This document shows positions 1-12,068 of a stretch of DNA of 64,000 bases, piece by piece (position 1 is the stretch's first letter; each line of letters begins with the position of its first letter). The DNA is from Mantamonas sphyraenae STR306 (Eukaryota; Protista; CRuMs). Under the pieces are notes generated by a model. The model was not told the origin of the DNA. It saw only the letters and a list, made by a program, of their open reading frames with translations, and did not search any database. The stretch covers positions 248,001 through 312,000 of the forward strand of contig JAPMXV010000044.1 in NCBI GenBank assembly GCA_026936335.1. The letters are read 5' to 3'. Position numbers and translations under genes: made by a program.

Positions 1-2001
1 CTCTTCGTCCTCATTCTTGCCGCCAAAGCCAAAGAACGAGGCAAACCACCCTTCTTCTTGCGTTTGCCCTTACCTCCGTTGGCCGCCGATCCCCGGGCGT
101 CATCGCCCGAGGAGGAAGAGGACGCGCTGGTTTGCTCGTCGTCCTGGCCGTCGTCCATCTCCAGCTGCGACTCAATGACGTCGGCCAGCGCAGCACAGCG
201 CTTGCGCACAAGACCGGTCATGTTGATGACCTCGTGGCGCACTCTGTCATCGATATCTTCCTCCTTGGTCTCAAGCAAGTTGGCGAGTTTCTCCACATTG
301 CTCTCCAGCTGAGTCTGCTGGTCCTCAAACAGGTTCTTCTGCACCATGAGCGAGTCCCTGATCGCGGAGTTTTCCACGTCGCCCATGGAAAACATGTAAA
401 AGGCATACACGTAGCTGTGGGCCAGATAGCGACGGCACACAAAGACGGCATGCACCCCCTGCTCCAGCCACTTGAGATCCATCATCGTCTGGCCCGTGGT
501 TTCGTACAGATGCAGACGCTTGACCTCCACCTGGCTACGCAGCTTCTTTTCAAACTTGAGCGACTCCTGGTGGCCACGGAAACGTTCGAAATAGTGCATG
601 TAGCGCTTGAGGGCAGCGCCGGCGGTGTTGGCATTCTTTTCCGCTTCGTCCTTGTAACGACCACACTCGTGGCCCTCGATGGATCCCCAGGTGTGTGCAC
701 GGCCTGTTTGTGCGCCGCACAGCCAGCAGAAGTAGCTTCCACAGGTGCATGAGACGTGGTTGCAGCCGCCGTTCTTTTCGACCATGTTGTGGCAGTTGGG
801 ACACTCCTTGGTGTTGCTGGCCATCCAGTTGGCCGTCTCGCTGTCGTCTTTGCACTTGATGTCCCATTGCTTGAGCTGCTTGCAGGTGCTGGGCTGGTGG
901 CTGTTGCCCTGGCATTTGAAGCAGAAGCTCCAGCCGCAGACGCAGTCCACGTCCACGGCCGACTTCCACGTGATCTGCACCGCATTGCCGCAACTGGGTG
1001 CAGACGGACACCACTTGACCATGGGGTTGTCCTCGATGAACGAGTCCATCATCTTGTTCTGGTATTTGGTAAGGGTTGACTCGTCCACCACCTCGTTGAT
1101 GATCTCTTCGTCGACCAGCACGTCACACTTGGCCTGCATGCAGCGTACGTCTTTGGCGTGGCCTTCGTTGATGCGCATGGGCACGTGCATCGACCAGCAA
1201 TCTGTGCAGAAGCGATGCCCGCACGAGTTTGCCCGTGTGTCTTCCCATTCCACTTCGTCGTCCATGCAGCTGCAGGTGACAGGTACGGCAGGATGCAACA
1301 ACAACACGCGTGTGATCCCACGTGTGTGTGTGTGTGTGGAGTGTGCGCGGTGCCGTTGCGTCAGCATGGATGCGTTTGCGAGAGTGTGTGTGCGCGTTCC
1401 CAAAACCATTCTCGCGAGCCGTGCACAGAGGAACCGGGCCTGGTGCACCACAACGCTTACCTGTGACATTCAAACGGCGCTGACCGATCCTCCACAGATG
1501 GGTCGAGGGTCTCCGTGGGGATGACACCAGCTTTCTGCTCGTGCGTGACGGAGGGGTCGCCGGGAGTGCGTTAGGCAAGAATTCCCTCTTTGCAGTGCGT
1601 CTGGCATGCTCACACAGATGGACAGCAAGACAAGCACATACCTCCATGACTTGGTCGGCGCCACGCTCGAAAAAGTCGGACATCAGCTTCTCGCTATCCC
1701 ACTGGTAAAACATGAGGAGGAGGCGAGAGTCACCTGCCGTGGTGCCAAGAAAGTCGCGCACTTTGTCAATCTTTTCGTTCTGTTCCTTGATCACATCCTT
1801 GGGATTGAGGATAATAAAGTCCTTTTCTTCCTCCTGCACGTGCGGCGATTCGTCGTCGATGTCGATGGACTCGCTGGGCTGGCTGCCTTGTTCCAGCCCG
1901 TCCTCGTCGTCGGACGACTGGTACACGTAGTATTCATCTTCACCATCCTCATCGTAGTATTCGTCGTCGTCATAGTCCACATACTCGTCTCCGTCACTCA
2001 T
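1..2001 (-). CDS. ARIH1: Ariadne-family RBR E3 ubiquitin ligase, running off the left edge; exons ~2001-1642, 1534-1461, 1270-<1
   Basis: Acidic N-terminus MSDGDEYVDY and UBA-like LLLMFYQWDSEKL. Spliced RING1 CHSC...CGHRFCTDCW, then IBR and RING2 (TKECPNCHNMVEKNGGCNHVSC) and an Ariadne domain. GT-AG junctions keep the frame. Confidence 0.92.
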
Positions 2002-2078
2002 GATTTCTTTTTGGGAGGGGGGCGATTGGGTGCAGCTAGCTGGCGCGAAGGCGACACACCTTCTGTTTGTTCCTTCAT

Positions 2079-3654
2079 TCACCTCCTTGACACCCTTCGC
2101 ACAACACGCTGCCTTTTGCGCTCATGCACAGCCTCTCTGTCCATGCGTACAGAGCCACCCCGCCCTCCACGCGGGCCCGAGTCGCGCGACGAATGCCTTT
2201 GTCTGCTGTCGCTGCGGCTGCGTCCTCCCTGGATACCCCCACGCAACACAACGGGGCCACGTCGTCCACCGCCCTGCTCTCGTTCGCCATACCTGGGCGA
2301 ACGCGACCGAGACCGCGACCGCGAACGGCCACGAGAATAGGGCTGCGGCGGCGGAGGCGGCAGCGGCGATCGTGAACGTGACGGCGGCGACCGCGAACGC
2401 TTGCGGTAGGGACTGCCGGGCGGAGAGCGGGAACGGGAACGTACAGGGGAGCGGGAGCGGGCAGGCGGCGAAGGCGAACGAGACCGTCCGCGTCGCTGGG
2501 GACTCGGCGACCGACCACGTTGACGAAGTGGCGGCGGAGGAGGCGAAGGCGAACGACTACGACCGCGCATGCCTCCACCCATGCCTCCGTGGAAGTGTCG
2601 TGGCCCAGAAGGGAGTCCACGGCGTCCAAGAGGCCCATCGACACCACCGCCACCACCACCACCTCGACCTCCTCCTCCACGCCCGCCCCCTCCTCGATAC
2701 ATTCCACCACCACCTCCTCGTCCGCCACCGCGATATCCTCCTCCACCCATGTGGCCTCCACGCGGATGGTGATGCTGTTGTGGGTGATGATTGTAATGCA
2801 TGGGCCCTCGTCCGTAGCCCCGTTGTTGGTGTCCCTGCTGCTGCTGCTGCTGCTGTGGCGGTGGCGGGCCCTGCACTTGCTGCATGCCTGCGCCGCCGTG
2901 TCGCAGCTGCTCCACCACCGCTTTGCCACTCGGGTTCAATGGGTCCCACCAAACCTTGCCCACATACCACGCAGACATGGGACGGCCCGAAAATTCACTG
3001 TACACCAAGTGTGGGGTGGACCGTGTGTCAGCGCAGGTTCCTCACACACGCACACGCACGCCATTCAGTCACACACTCACCTTTTGATCAGTTCATCGTG
3101 TGCACGCTGTGCCTCTCCACCGCTGCTGAATGTGACCAGGCAGTAACCCTCGCTCTTGCCGTTGCCGGCCTCAGAAAAGATCTTCAGCGACGTCACACGG
3201 CCGTAGTGGCCAAAGAACTCGTCCAGCTCGTTTTCGGTCACCCACTGCCGCCGATGGATGGATGCGTTGTGCAGCGTGTGGGTGGGTGGGCAAACAAAAA
3301 CATGCGATGTGTTCACACAAGGGTCAGCAGAGAGCGTTTTTTGGGGGGGTAGGGTGGACAACGAGTCGCCACGACCCAACACTGGGCACTCACCCAGTCA
3401 AACTCGCCCACAACAAGCATGTTGGGACTCCACGACTGTGTTTGAGGTTGGACAACAGCTGGTCCACCATGCTGTGTGTGCACATGCTGGTTGGACAACG
3501 AGGACTGCACCGCTTGCTGGCCCTCCCTCTCCTGTGCCGCCGCCGGCGAGCTGGCGACAGCGGCACTGGACCCTGCAACGTCGCCATCCATCAGATCGTC
3601 ATCGCCTGTGTAATCCACCTGCTGGGTGGTGTCATCGAGAAGGTCGTCGGACAT
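2079..3654 (-). CDS. CPSF6: CFIm68/CPSF6-like RRM protein with Gly/Pro/RS-rich tail; exons 3654-3394, 3244-3081, 2997-2079
   Basis: Spliced RRM VGEFDW|WVTENEL...KIFSEAGNGKSEGYCLV matches the CPSF6/7 signature GNLTWWTTDEDL...FFENRANGQSKGFALV. Acidic N-terminus and RS domain. Confidence 0.8.
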
Positions 3655-3727
3655 CGGGCACAGGTTGGAAGCGCGGACGCAGCCGCACACGCCGCACACA
3701 CCATCCCAAAAACCAGCACTCAGGCCC

Positions 3728-4273
3728 ATGTCCAGCCCCATCGTCCAGCGCAGCAAGGCCACGCCAAGCCAGGACGACGTCAACGAGGACGAGCTGGACC
3801 TGGACACTTCCGTGAACATGTCGGGCGAGGAGATGACGCTTGAACCGAGCGAGGAGGCGGAAAGCGGCTCCGAGGACAGCACAGGCGATGCGGAGGAGGA
3901 CGATGACGCGGGAAAGGACAGCAAAGGCAACCAAGATGGGGAGAAGGACGACGGCAAAGCTGCAGGCGACAAGGAGGACACAGAGGACGACGACGGCGAG
4001 AATGCAGAGGAGGACGACGAAAATCCGAACACCACCGACACAAAGAAGACAAAGAAGAAGAAGAAGAAGAAGAAGAAGAAGAAGGGTGGCAAAACTGACG
4101 GCTCTGTGCACGGTTCGCATAAGGACAAGCCGACGCTGTGGAAGACGGTGACCAACAAGGACAACTTGACTGTGGCTCGCAATGTCGGCCTTTTCGTGGC
4201 CCTCACCTACTATGCCTCCCAGAGCGCGGGGTTTTTCGAGGCCATTGGCCTCGGCAATGGCTCTTCCATGTGA
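3728..4273 (+). CDS. Acidic/Lys-rich tail-anchored protein; C-terminus resembles Tom6
   Basis: Coding-like ORF with a D/E-rich region, a poly-K run and one C-terminal hydrophobic helix (TNKDNLTVARNVGLFVALTYYAS). Confidence 0.6.
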   Translation: MSSPIVQRSKATPSQDDVNEDELDLDTSVNMSGEEMTLEPSEEAESGSEDSTGDAEEDDDAGKDSKGNQDGEKDDGKAAGDKEDTEDDDGENAEEDDENPNTTDTKKTKKKKKKKKKKKGGKTDGSVHGSHKDKPTLWKTVTNKDNLTVARNVGLFVALTYYASQSAGFFEAIGLGNGSSM

Positions 4274-4439
4274 GGACGTCGTAGAATCGCACCGCACGGC
4301 ACCATGGAACGGGTGGTGACGGAATGACCACCACCAACCACCAACAACGCACACACACACACGCACACACACAAGAAATCTTCATCGTTTGTCCAATCAC
4401 CAATTGTGTGTCCATTTGTTCGGCGCATGGCGTCCCTCA

Positions 4440-5772
4440 TCAGTACAGAGAACCCTGCTGGGCGGTCAGCAGACGCTCCTTGGCCAGCTTCTTCTTGCTC
4501 ACCTTCTTGGAGCCGCTTGCCTCCTCGGTCGGTCCAGCCACGGCAACCTCGCCCTCCTCCAGGATCAGCTCAATGTGGCAGCGAGAGCGCTTGTACGCGC
4601 CAATGCGGCCGTGGGCGCGGTATGTACGACGGTGACCCTTGGGTGCACGCTGCACCTGGATGTGCGTCACGCGCAGCTTATCCACGTCCAGCGACTGCTC
4701 CACAGCGTTCGACTCTGCGTTCTCCAGCAGACCAATCATAAACTTGGTTGCCTTCTCCGGCCAGCGACCCTTCGTCGTGTTCCAAGCCTTCGCCTGAGCC
4801 TTGCGCGACACACCACCAGTGTACCTGCAACACCCCACCCGACCCGCATGCGACAAAACACACACACAGCCCCACTGTCAGCATCCACTCCTCCTCACTC
4901 CGTCAATCCCCTCTCTCCCGCTCCTCCATCCACACTTTCAAGCACACACTCCCCTCCTCATCCCTCCCTTCCACCCTCCTTGGGCAACCCGCCACAACTC
5001 ACTTGTTGAAAGGAACAATCTCCTGGTGAGCCAGCACGTTCTTCAGGAACGTCTTGGCACGCTTCAGCGGCATGCGGCGGATGGCTGTACACACATTCCA
5101 GTCACACACACGTCCCATCGTCGTCCACGTACGTCATCCAACCGTGTCAGCCGACTCTCCAACCTGTGCTCCCACTCCAAAAACACCTGGCCCCAACGCA
5201 TGCAAAAAACACCCGCCCCTCACACCGCCCCTCTCCTTCCTTCCCCTGCCCCTCCCTCTCTCCACCCATCCCGTCCCCCTCTCCCCACATCCCGTCACTC
5301 CTCCTCCATCCCAAACTCACCGTGGCCAACCTCTCGCGCCGTCTTGTAGCGAACTAAACCCAGTTGCCGCAGCAAATCGCACCCGCCGAGTCAGCCCTCT
5401 TTGTCCCGCCACACCCTTACCATACCCTTCCCACACCCACGACGACACATGTGCATCTGTGTGTGTCCTGCCGCTTGGCTCTACACACACACAGAGCAGC
5501 CCTGCTGTCCTCTGCAGTGCACAAGAGGCTGCGCAATGTGCGCGCGTCGCCCGTCGCTTCCACCAATCCGTTTGCGCCCCTTCTCATACCCTCGCAGTGG
5601 CTGTGTGAAACCACATACGTGCCAACAACGGTGACAAGGAAGGGTGTACGCAGGGTGTGCGTGGATGTGTGTGTGCGGTGTGTGTGTGTGTGTGCAACTT
5701 ACTGCTCAGGTAGCTGCCCTGCGCACGGCACGACTTGTTCGTGTTCGGCTTCACGCTGTACTTCTTGACCAT
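4440..5772 (-). CDS. RPL17: 60S ribosomal protein L17 (uL22); exons 5772-5703, 5353-5321, 5084-5003, 4824-4440; probable 5'UTR intron 5876-5773
   Basis: [53 protein letters not shown]. All junctions are GT-AG and in phase. Confidence 0.95.
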
Positions 5773-5991
5773 CTGCAGGAGGATCAACAGGCAAGTTACA
5801 ACAAGACACAGGTGGGTGTGAGCATGGTGACAGACGCAACGACAATGTGCAGACGACGTGGGATGCTGCGACATACCTTTCGAGTTTGGGTGGCTTCCCT
5901 TGCGCGCAGCGGCTGAGCCAGCACAAAACACACACACCCGTCGCTGTCCCCCCCCCCCTCCCCCTCAATCCCCCGTTTTCCCCATCCACCC

Positions 5992-7449
5992 ATGTCCCAA
6001 GCAGATGCTCTGGCAGGTGCAGAAACGGTGCGGCTCAAGGTGAAGCTGGACGGCGAGGACGTGAGGCGAATTCGCATCGCCGCAAACGCACTCCACAGCT
6101 GGGAGATGCTCCAGGCGGAACTGGTGGATGTGTTGGACCTGCGCGTGCTCTCCAACATGCACCTGGAGACTCCAGAGGGGGTCAAGGTGGACTCGGAGGC
6201 CTCCCTGGATACATACCGCAGCCAGTTGCAGGAGCGGGGTGAACGCGACCCGCTCCTGCGCTTCAGCCTCCACCTTGGCACCTCTGAAATCGACAAGAAG
6301 CTGCTAACATCGCCTTTGTCCGAAAGTTCGCAATCATCGACGGGCATGGTTGGCGACGAGGAGCAGGAAACGGCGGTAGCGGAAACCACAGGTGCTTCCG
6401 GCGCCGTGTCGGACCCGTTTCACACCGAACCACTGGATGACAATGAGGAGGAGAACGAAGAGAAGGCCAAACGGGTGATGGAGGACCTGCAGGCAGCCAT
6501 TCTGCGGGAACACGTGGAGCGACAGCGCTACGAGCGACTGATGCAAGCGCAGACAAACGCCGTCAAATTCGCACAGCAGGCCGAGGAGGATGCAAAGGAG
6601 GCACAGGCCGCACTGATGGAAGCACAGCTGCAGGACATGGTCGCTTCGGTGATGGTGGTGCGAGCAGACGAGGCGCAGGAGCGGCTTGCGTCGTTGCAAC
6701 GGAAAGCAGCCGAGGCGGAGGCCATGGCGTCAGAGGCAGCGGCACAAGCACACAAGGCACGCAAGAAGCTGCAAGCCATGCAGTTGGAGTCGGGCAAGTC
6801 GTTCTCGCAGGACACCGTGGAGCGAGTGACCAAGGTGATGATGGACAAACTGGAACAGATCAACCTGGAGCTGGAGACGGCCGGCTTGCAGGTCGAGGAG
6901 AGCGAATCGGTGGTGGTTCAGGACGTGCCGGAAGAGTGGATTGAACACTCGATGCGCTTCAGCAAGGCAAACCTGGAGCCTCAACCGGAACCGCAAGAAC
7001 ACCACGGGTACGACATGCGCTTCGTCACAGACGTGACTTTCCCCGATGGCCAGGAAGTGGACGCCTTTTCCGAGTTTGTCAAGATGTGGCGCGTGCGCAA
7101 CGTGGGCGACAAGGCTTGGGATGAGTCGGTGACGCTGCGACACTCTTCCGGAGCGCTGCTTGGCTCCAAGAGCGACGCACGCTACCCTGTGCCTGCTGCC
7201 GAACCAGGAGAGGAGGTCTTGCTGCAGGTGGACATGAAGGCACCCGCAAAGATGGACAACCACGTCTCTTTCTGGCACCTCTGCGATCCAAACGGCGAAC
7301 CCTTTGGCGACCAGCTCTACGTGCACATTGCCGTCCTCGGCTCCCACTATTCCCTTCAGGTGCCCGACGTCGACCCAGAGACAGGCGACGTCCCGGATCT
7401 CCAGACCAGCATGATCCTCCTCCGCAAAGACCTTGCCCAAATCCAGTGA
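5992..7449 (+). CDS. NBR1/ILRUN-like protein: PB1-like N-terminus, coiled coil, FW (NBR1-like Ig) domain
   Basis: VRLKVKLDGEDVRRI (PB1-like); FVTDVTFPDG..FVKMWRVRNVG..W..SFWHL..GEPFGDQLYV (FW domain). Confidence 0.8.
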   Translation: MSQADALAGAETVRLKVKLDGEDVRRIRIAANALHSWEMLQAELVDVLDLRVLSNMHLETPEGVKVDSEASLDTYRSQLQERGERDPLLRFSLHLGTSEIDKKLLTSPLSESSQSSTGMVGDEEQETAVAETTGASGAVSDPFHTEPLDDNEEENEEKAKRVMEDLQAAILREHVERQRYERLMQAQTNAVKFAQQAEEDAKEAQAALMEAQLQDMVASVMVVRADEAQERLASLQRKAAEAEAMASEAAAQAHKARKKLQAMQLESGKSFSQDTVERVTKVMMDKLEQINLELETAGLQVEESESVVVQDVPEEWIEHSMRFSKANLEPQPEPQEHHGYDMRFVTDVTFPDGQEVDAFSEFVKMWRVRNVGDKAWDESVTLRHSSGALLGSKSDARYPVPAAEPGEEVLLQVDMKAPAKMDNHVSFWHLCDPNGEPFGDQLYVHIAVLGSHYSLQVPDVDPETGDVPDLQTSMILLRKDLAQIQ

Positions 7450-8233
7450 AATCAAACCCCCACCGCACAAGACAACACACAGCATTGGACACACAAAACG
7501 AGATTTACAGATGAAAGTCCACCTTGATGCACGTGATCTCCGAGTTGTTCTGGTCGTTCAGAGTCACCGTGCCCGTGTAGTGTCCACTCGGCACGTCGCT
7601 CGGCAGAAACTCAGACACCTTCAGCGTCGTCGGTCCCTTGGGGAACGGGCACTTGATCTGCGGGTCCAGTGTGCATGCGTCGTACTGTTGTGTGTTCCCC
7701 CCGCATGCTCATGTGTCAGTTTCTACTCCACTCGCCTGACTCTTGCCCATTTCTCCCGGCTCGCACTCAAACGTACCGTGTTGTCCAGAATCTTGATTCC
7801 GCTGAAGTACAGCAGGATGTGTGCCTTGCCGTCAGTCACTTCCTCGTCTGTGTGGTGCATTGGAAGCGTGCACGTGCAACTGTGTCAGTGTCTACGTCGC
7901 CTCGAAAGCCGTTTTCTGCCCTCTCCTCTTTCCGCGTGAATCTTGCTCGCTCTTTCCACACTCCTTCCAGCCTCTATGCGTCCGTCTCTGTGCCCGGCCA
8001 CTCTCCACCCTCGTCTACACACTCGTGTCTGTACTCACCCAGGGTGCCATCAGCCGTGATGGTGATGCTGCTGTTCTTCGTGGGTGGGTCCGGCACGATC
8101 GTCACGTTCTTGATGGTGAAGTGGTCAGCACTCGTGCCACAGTACGACCAGATGTCCGCCTGGGCAAAGGCCACCAGCACCAGAAGGGTCATTGCAAAAG
8201 TGATTGTCTTCATCGTTTGGAGTTGGGTTTTTG
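7341..8233. repeat. Inverted segmental duplication, arm A (partner 18181-19084)
   Basis: Near-identical reverse complement of 18181-19084, including introns and the last ~100 bp of the NBR1-like CDS. Confidence 0.95.
7505..8213 (-). CDS. Secreted ML-domain (NPC2/PG-PI transfer/MD-2-like) lipid-binding protein, copy A, 3 exons
   Basis: Signal peptide, WSYCG, IVPDPP, DACT..KCPF.KG, PSDVPSGHY..EITCI; spliced ORF ends in TAA. Confidence 0.88.
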
Positions 8234-8373
8234 TTGGGTGAAGCAGATTGCACCACCCAACCCATGAATCCCATCAAGTGTACATATATAGGATTGCTGT
8301 TTGCATTGTCCGTGGCGGGCGCATCGCTTCATCGGCCATCGACACTTCGCATCGCTGTTTCTCCTTGGATTCC

Positions 8374-11300
8374 TCATTTGGATCCAACCCTCTTCATCCC
8401 TGCCACCTGTTTCCTGGCCTGCTTCCCTCGAAACTGCGCCTGGATCTTCGTCGCCGCTTTGCTCTCCTCCTTCTTCGCTTCCTCCTCCTCCTTCTCTTCC
8501 TCCTTCTCTTCCTCCTTCTCCTCCTTCTTCGCTTCCACCTTCTTCTCTTTCTCCTCCTTCTCTTCGTTCTTCTCCTCAACCACCTTCTTCTTCCCTTTCA
8601 TCCCCGCCGCTTTGCTCTCCTCCTCCTCCTCCACCTTCTTCTCCTCCTTCTTCGCTTCCTCCTCCTTCTTCGCTTCCTCCACCTTCTTCTCTTTCTCCTC
8701 CTTCTCTTCCTTCTTCTCCTGAACCGCTTTCTTCTTTCCTTTCATCCCTGCCACCTGTTTCCTGGCCTGCTTCCCTCGAAACTGCGCCTGGATCTTCGTC
8801 GCCGCTTTGCTCTCCTCCTCCTCCTCCTTCTTCTTCTCCTTCTTCTTCTCCTCTTCCTCCACCTTCTTCTCCTCCTTCTTCGCTTCCTCCTCCTTCTTCG
8901 CTTCCTCCTCCTTCTTCGCTTCCTCCTCCTTCTTCGCTTTCTCCTCCTTCTCTTCCTTCTTCGCCTCAACCACCTTCCTCTTTCCTTTCATCCCTGCCAC
9001 CTGTTTCCTGGCCTGCTTCCCTCGAAACTGCGCCTGGATCTTCGTCGCCGCTTTGCTCTCCTCCTCCTTCTTCTCCTCCTTTGCACCCTTCCCCTTTCCG
9101 GGCTTCCCTTCCTCACCGTCAACCTCCATCTCCGCCTCCTCACGAGCCTCGCTCTCCCCGTCACTCAACATCTCGGACGTATCCTGTTCGTCCACACTGT
9201 CGAACCGCTTCACACTGATCCTCTTTTTGAACTGCACTTGCGAGTTTCGGCGCGGTTCCGCCTTGTGCTTCACCCCGCCACCACTTGTGCCGTACTTCGC
9301 TGCACCATCCGCTTGTTTTTTCAGTGCCTCGTTCTCACTTCGCAGCTCGCGGATCACCTGCCGAAGATTTTCAGACTCCATGGTCAGATTGGCCACCTGT
9401 CGATCTTGCCTGGCCAACTCCAGCTCCCCTTCAAGCACCTCCACACGTGCACGCAGCTCCGCGTTGTCTTCTTCCAGCGCCTCCACAACATCGCCTGTGA
9501 TGGCCGTTTCCGCTTTGCCCTCTCTACGCAACTCCTCGATTTCGTCCTGCTGGCTCTCGTACGACATGGACAACGTGTTGAACGCCTTGGACAGCTTCCC
9601 GTGCGCCTCTTGCAGTCGTTCCATCCCTTCTGCTTTTTCCCGCAGCCGTTGATTCTCGGCCTCCAGCTCCTGCAGAATCTGTACCTGATCGTTGAGGAAC
9701 GCATTTGTCGACTCCAGCTCGGCCACGCTCCCTTCCAGCTCCTGCTGCGCCTTGCTTCCTTCTGTGTGCTCCTGAAGCAGTCGCTTGTACGCCTCGTATA
9801 GGTTGTCGTACCGCACAGACATCAGTTGCAATTCGCTTTCCATCTGACCGTGCTGCTCGCTCAGCGAGTGGTGCTGCATCGCAAGCACCTGATACTCTTT
9901 GCCCAGTTTCGTTTCCCTGTGCTCTCCCGACGCCACTACCTCTCGGTGTTCACCACTCTCCTTGTCCAGCGTCACAGGTAGCATCACATACCCTTCGTGG
10001 CTCTCCCGCACCGTGCATCCCATCGAGCCGGCGTGCTGTTGGCAGCACGAATACCCAGTGATCTTGCGCTGGCCACGCACACCGTTCTCCACCCACACTT
10101 CCACCTCGCCTGGATGGCACACGCACTCGCTCGACCTGCCCAGCGAGAAATACGCTCCGCAATGTGCACATTGCCGCAACGCCTGCTGACTCTCTTCCTC
10201 CAGCAGATGGTACTGGTAGTGGTAGTCGGTATCGCTCAGCACCAGCTCGATCGACTTGCTGTCCACCATCAGCAGCTCCTCACTCGTCATCAGCAGACCC
10301 GTTTCCGCGCGATACAACCTCCAAGAACTGCCCTCCTCGCCTTCATCCGACTCTCCTTCCCCACTCCCGTTGTCCCCGCTGCCAAACTGGTCCCCTTTTG
10401 TCTTGCTGCTGCGTCTCTTGGGCGACCCTTTGACCTTCCTGTGCTTCTGTGCACTTCCGTTGCCGCTGCTGCTGTTGCCTCCAAACGCCCCGTGGCTTCG
10501 GCTGGCGCTTAGGAAAGTTGCGCGAGCCTTGAGTGCTTCCCCCAATATGTGACTCAGTACATTCTCCGGAAAGTGGGAGCCCCACGTGTACACAAGGCGA
10601 CCCACGGGACGGCCCTTGAGCTTCTTGTTGACCGCGCCCGCGCGGCCATTCTCGCGTGTGTTCAGGTACACATGCATCGTCACTGCCTTGTGTTGCTTCT
10701 GAGGAAGTTCAGCAAGCACTTCCTCGGGCTCATAGTCTGCCGCACTGCGTTCGTTTCGGCGTGCAAACTGCACTGGGATGGCAATGTCCCCGACATGACC
10801 GAAGCGTTCGCTGCACGGCAACCAGGGCTCCTCTGCACGCTCGCAGCAGGTAAACATGCCCACGCCAGCATTGTTGCGCAACAGCTCGCCGCTGTGGAAC
10901 CTACACAGGGTGTAGTTGTCTTCGGTACAAAACTGGCTGCCACACTCTTCACACACGCGGATAGCAAGTTGTTGCTCAGCAGGGAGCAAATGTTTGGAGG
11001 GATGGAAGCCCCAGCGAGGGCGAGTGATCACCAGATCCTGATTGCTGGTGAGCTGTGCCGGGTCCGTTACTTCGGCCCCGCTCACAGCGTCCAGCAGCGC
11101 CCACGTATCCGTCGACACGCCGGCCACCATCTTTTCTGGCAGCTTCTTCAGTGCACGTCCCACAATCTCACGGATCGTTAGCTGCGATGCGTGCAGGGAG
11201 ATGGTCAGCTGGAAACGTGGCCGGTTCTTCGCCTTGCTTTTTGCGTTCATGCGAGGCACGCCAGCCTTGGGTGCGTTGTCAAAGAAGTTGAGCGAGAGCA

Positions 11301-12011
11301 TGGAGGAACCCGTACCGGGGCCCGATGACGATGACGATGACGATGCGGACGCTGTCGAGTCACGCACGCCGTCTGCGGAGCTTCCCAGAGCGGGCAGCAG
11401 TTTGTTTGTGTTCTGCATTCCTCAGGGTCAGCGCCGGATACGAAAGGCATCTTCTGCTTGCCTCTTCCACGCCCTGTCGACCGCAAACACTCTCCACTTA
11501 CGATACTTGCATACGATGAGTCGCCGTTCGGTGTGCTGGCCGGACGCTTGGCCAGTTTGAGCTTGCGCGGGCGTTTCCTGCGCCCATCCTTGGCCGTGTT
11601 GACGCGCAAGGAGCCAGGTGAGCCCGTGCCGTGCAGCTCTGCGTACGAACGGTTGTCGTCGGCAACCGAGTTGGCACTGGAGTAGCCCGAGCGAGTGCTG
11701 CGCCTGCTGTTGGGTGTGGAAAGACCGCTGCTCAGGGAGCCGGTGCCGCTGCCAAGACCAGGCGAACTTGCGACTGACGAAGGCGATGGGGAGCCCCACG
11801 CTTGTCCTTTGCCTGCCACACGGCGCATGGTGCGGCTGTCCAGCGCCTGGACGGGACGCAGGCCAGTCGACGGCGAGGCGGTGGAGCCGGAAAGCAACAG
11901 GGTCGTCGACGCAGCCAGCAGATCCAAGTCTTCGTCTGTGTCCGCGTCCGACAGCTCCCTACTAATGGGACGCATGCCTGACAGCGGGCTGGAGCGAAAC
12001 GACGATGTCAT
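8374..12011 (-). CDS. Large protein with two CHORD-like Cys/His Zn motifs, a coiled coil and three IQ motifs in an E/K-rich repeat tail; intron 11501-11413
   Basis: ORFs 11247-12068 and 8374-11418 are joined by an 89-nt GTAAGT...GCTGAC...TGCAG intron. Motifs CxxC..CRFHSG..CC..C..H and CxxC..CVCHPG..CC..GC..H; AATKIQAQFRGKQARK occurs three times. Confidence 0.8.
8390..9075 (-). repeat. Coding internal repeats: IQ-motif cassette x3 plus 18-bp KKEEEA tandem units
   Basis: Block catccctgccacctgtttcctggcctgcttccctcgaaactgcgcctggatcttcgtcgccgctttgctctcc recurs at ~8395, ~8743 and ~8989. Confidence 0.9.
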
Positions 12012-12068
12012 TTGCACGATTCTGTTTGGTGCGCCTGAGTTGCGCTTTCCTGCGCAACAAAACTTCAC

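Noticed and set aside
1-80. Odd Ariadne C-terminal frame
   Set aside because: Could be a one-base indel or an intron running off the window; unresolvable here.
5354-5702. Intronic snoRNA in RPL17
   Set aside because: A local hairpin is possible, but no convincing C/D or H/ACA box pair was found; needs an Infernal/snoscan search.
11413-11501. Apparent frameshift between ORFs 11247-12068 and 8374-11418
   Set aside because: Explained by a canonical 89-nt intron.
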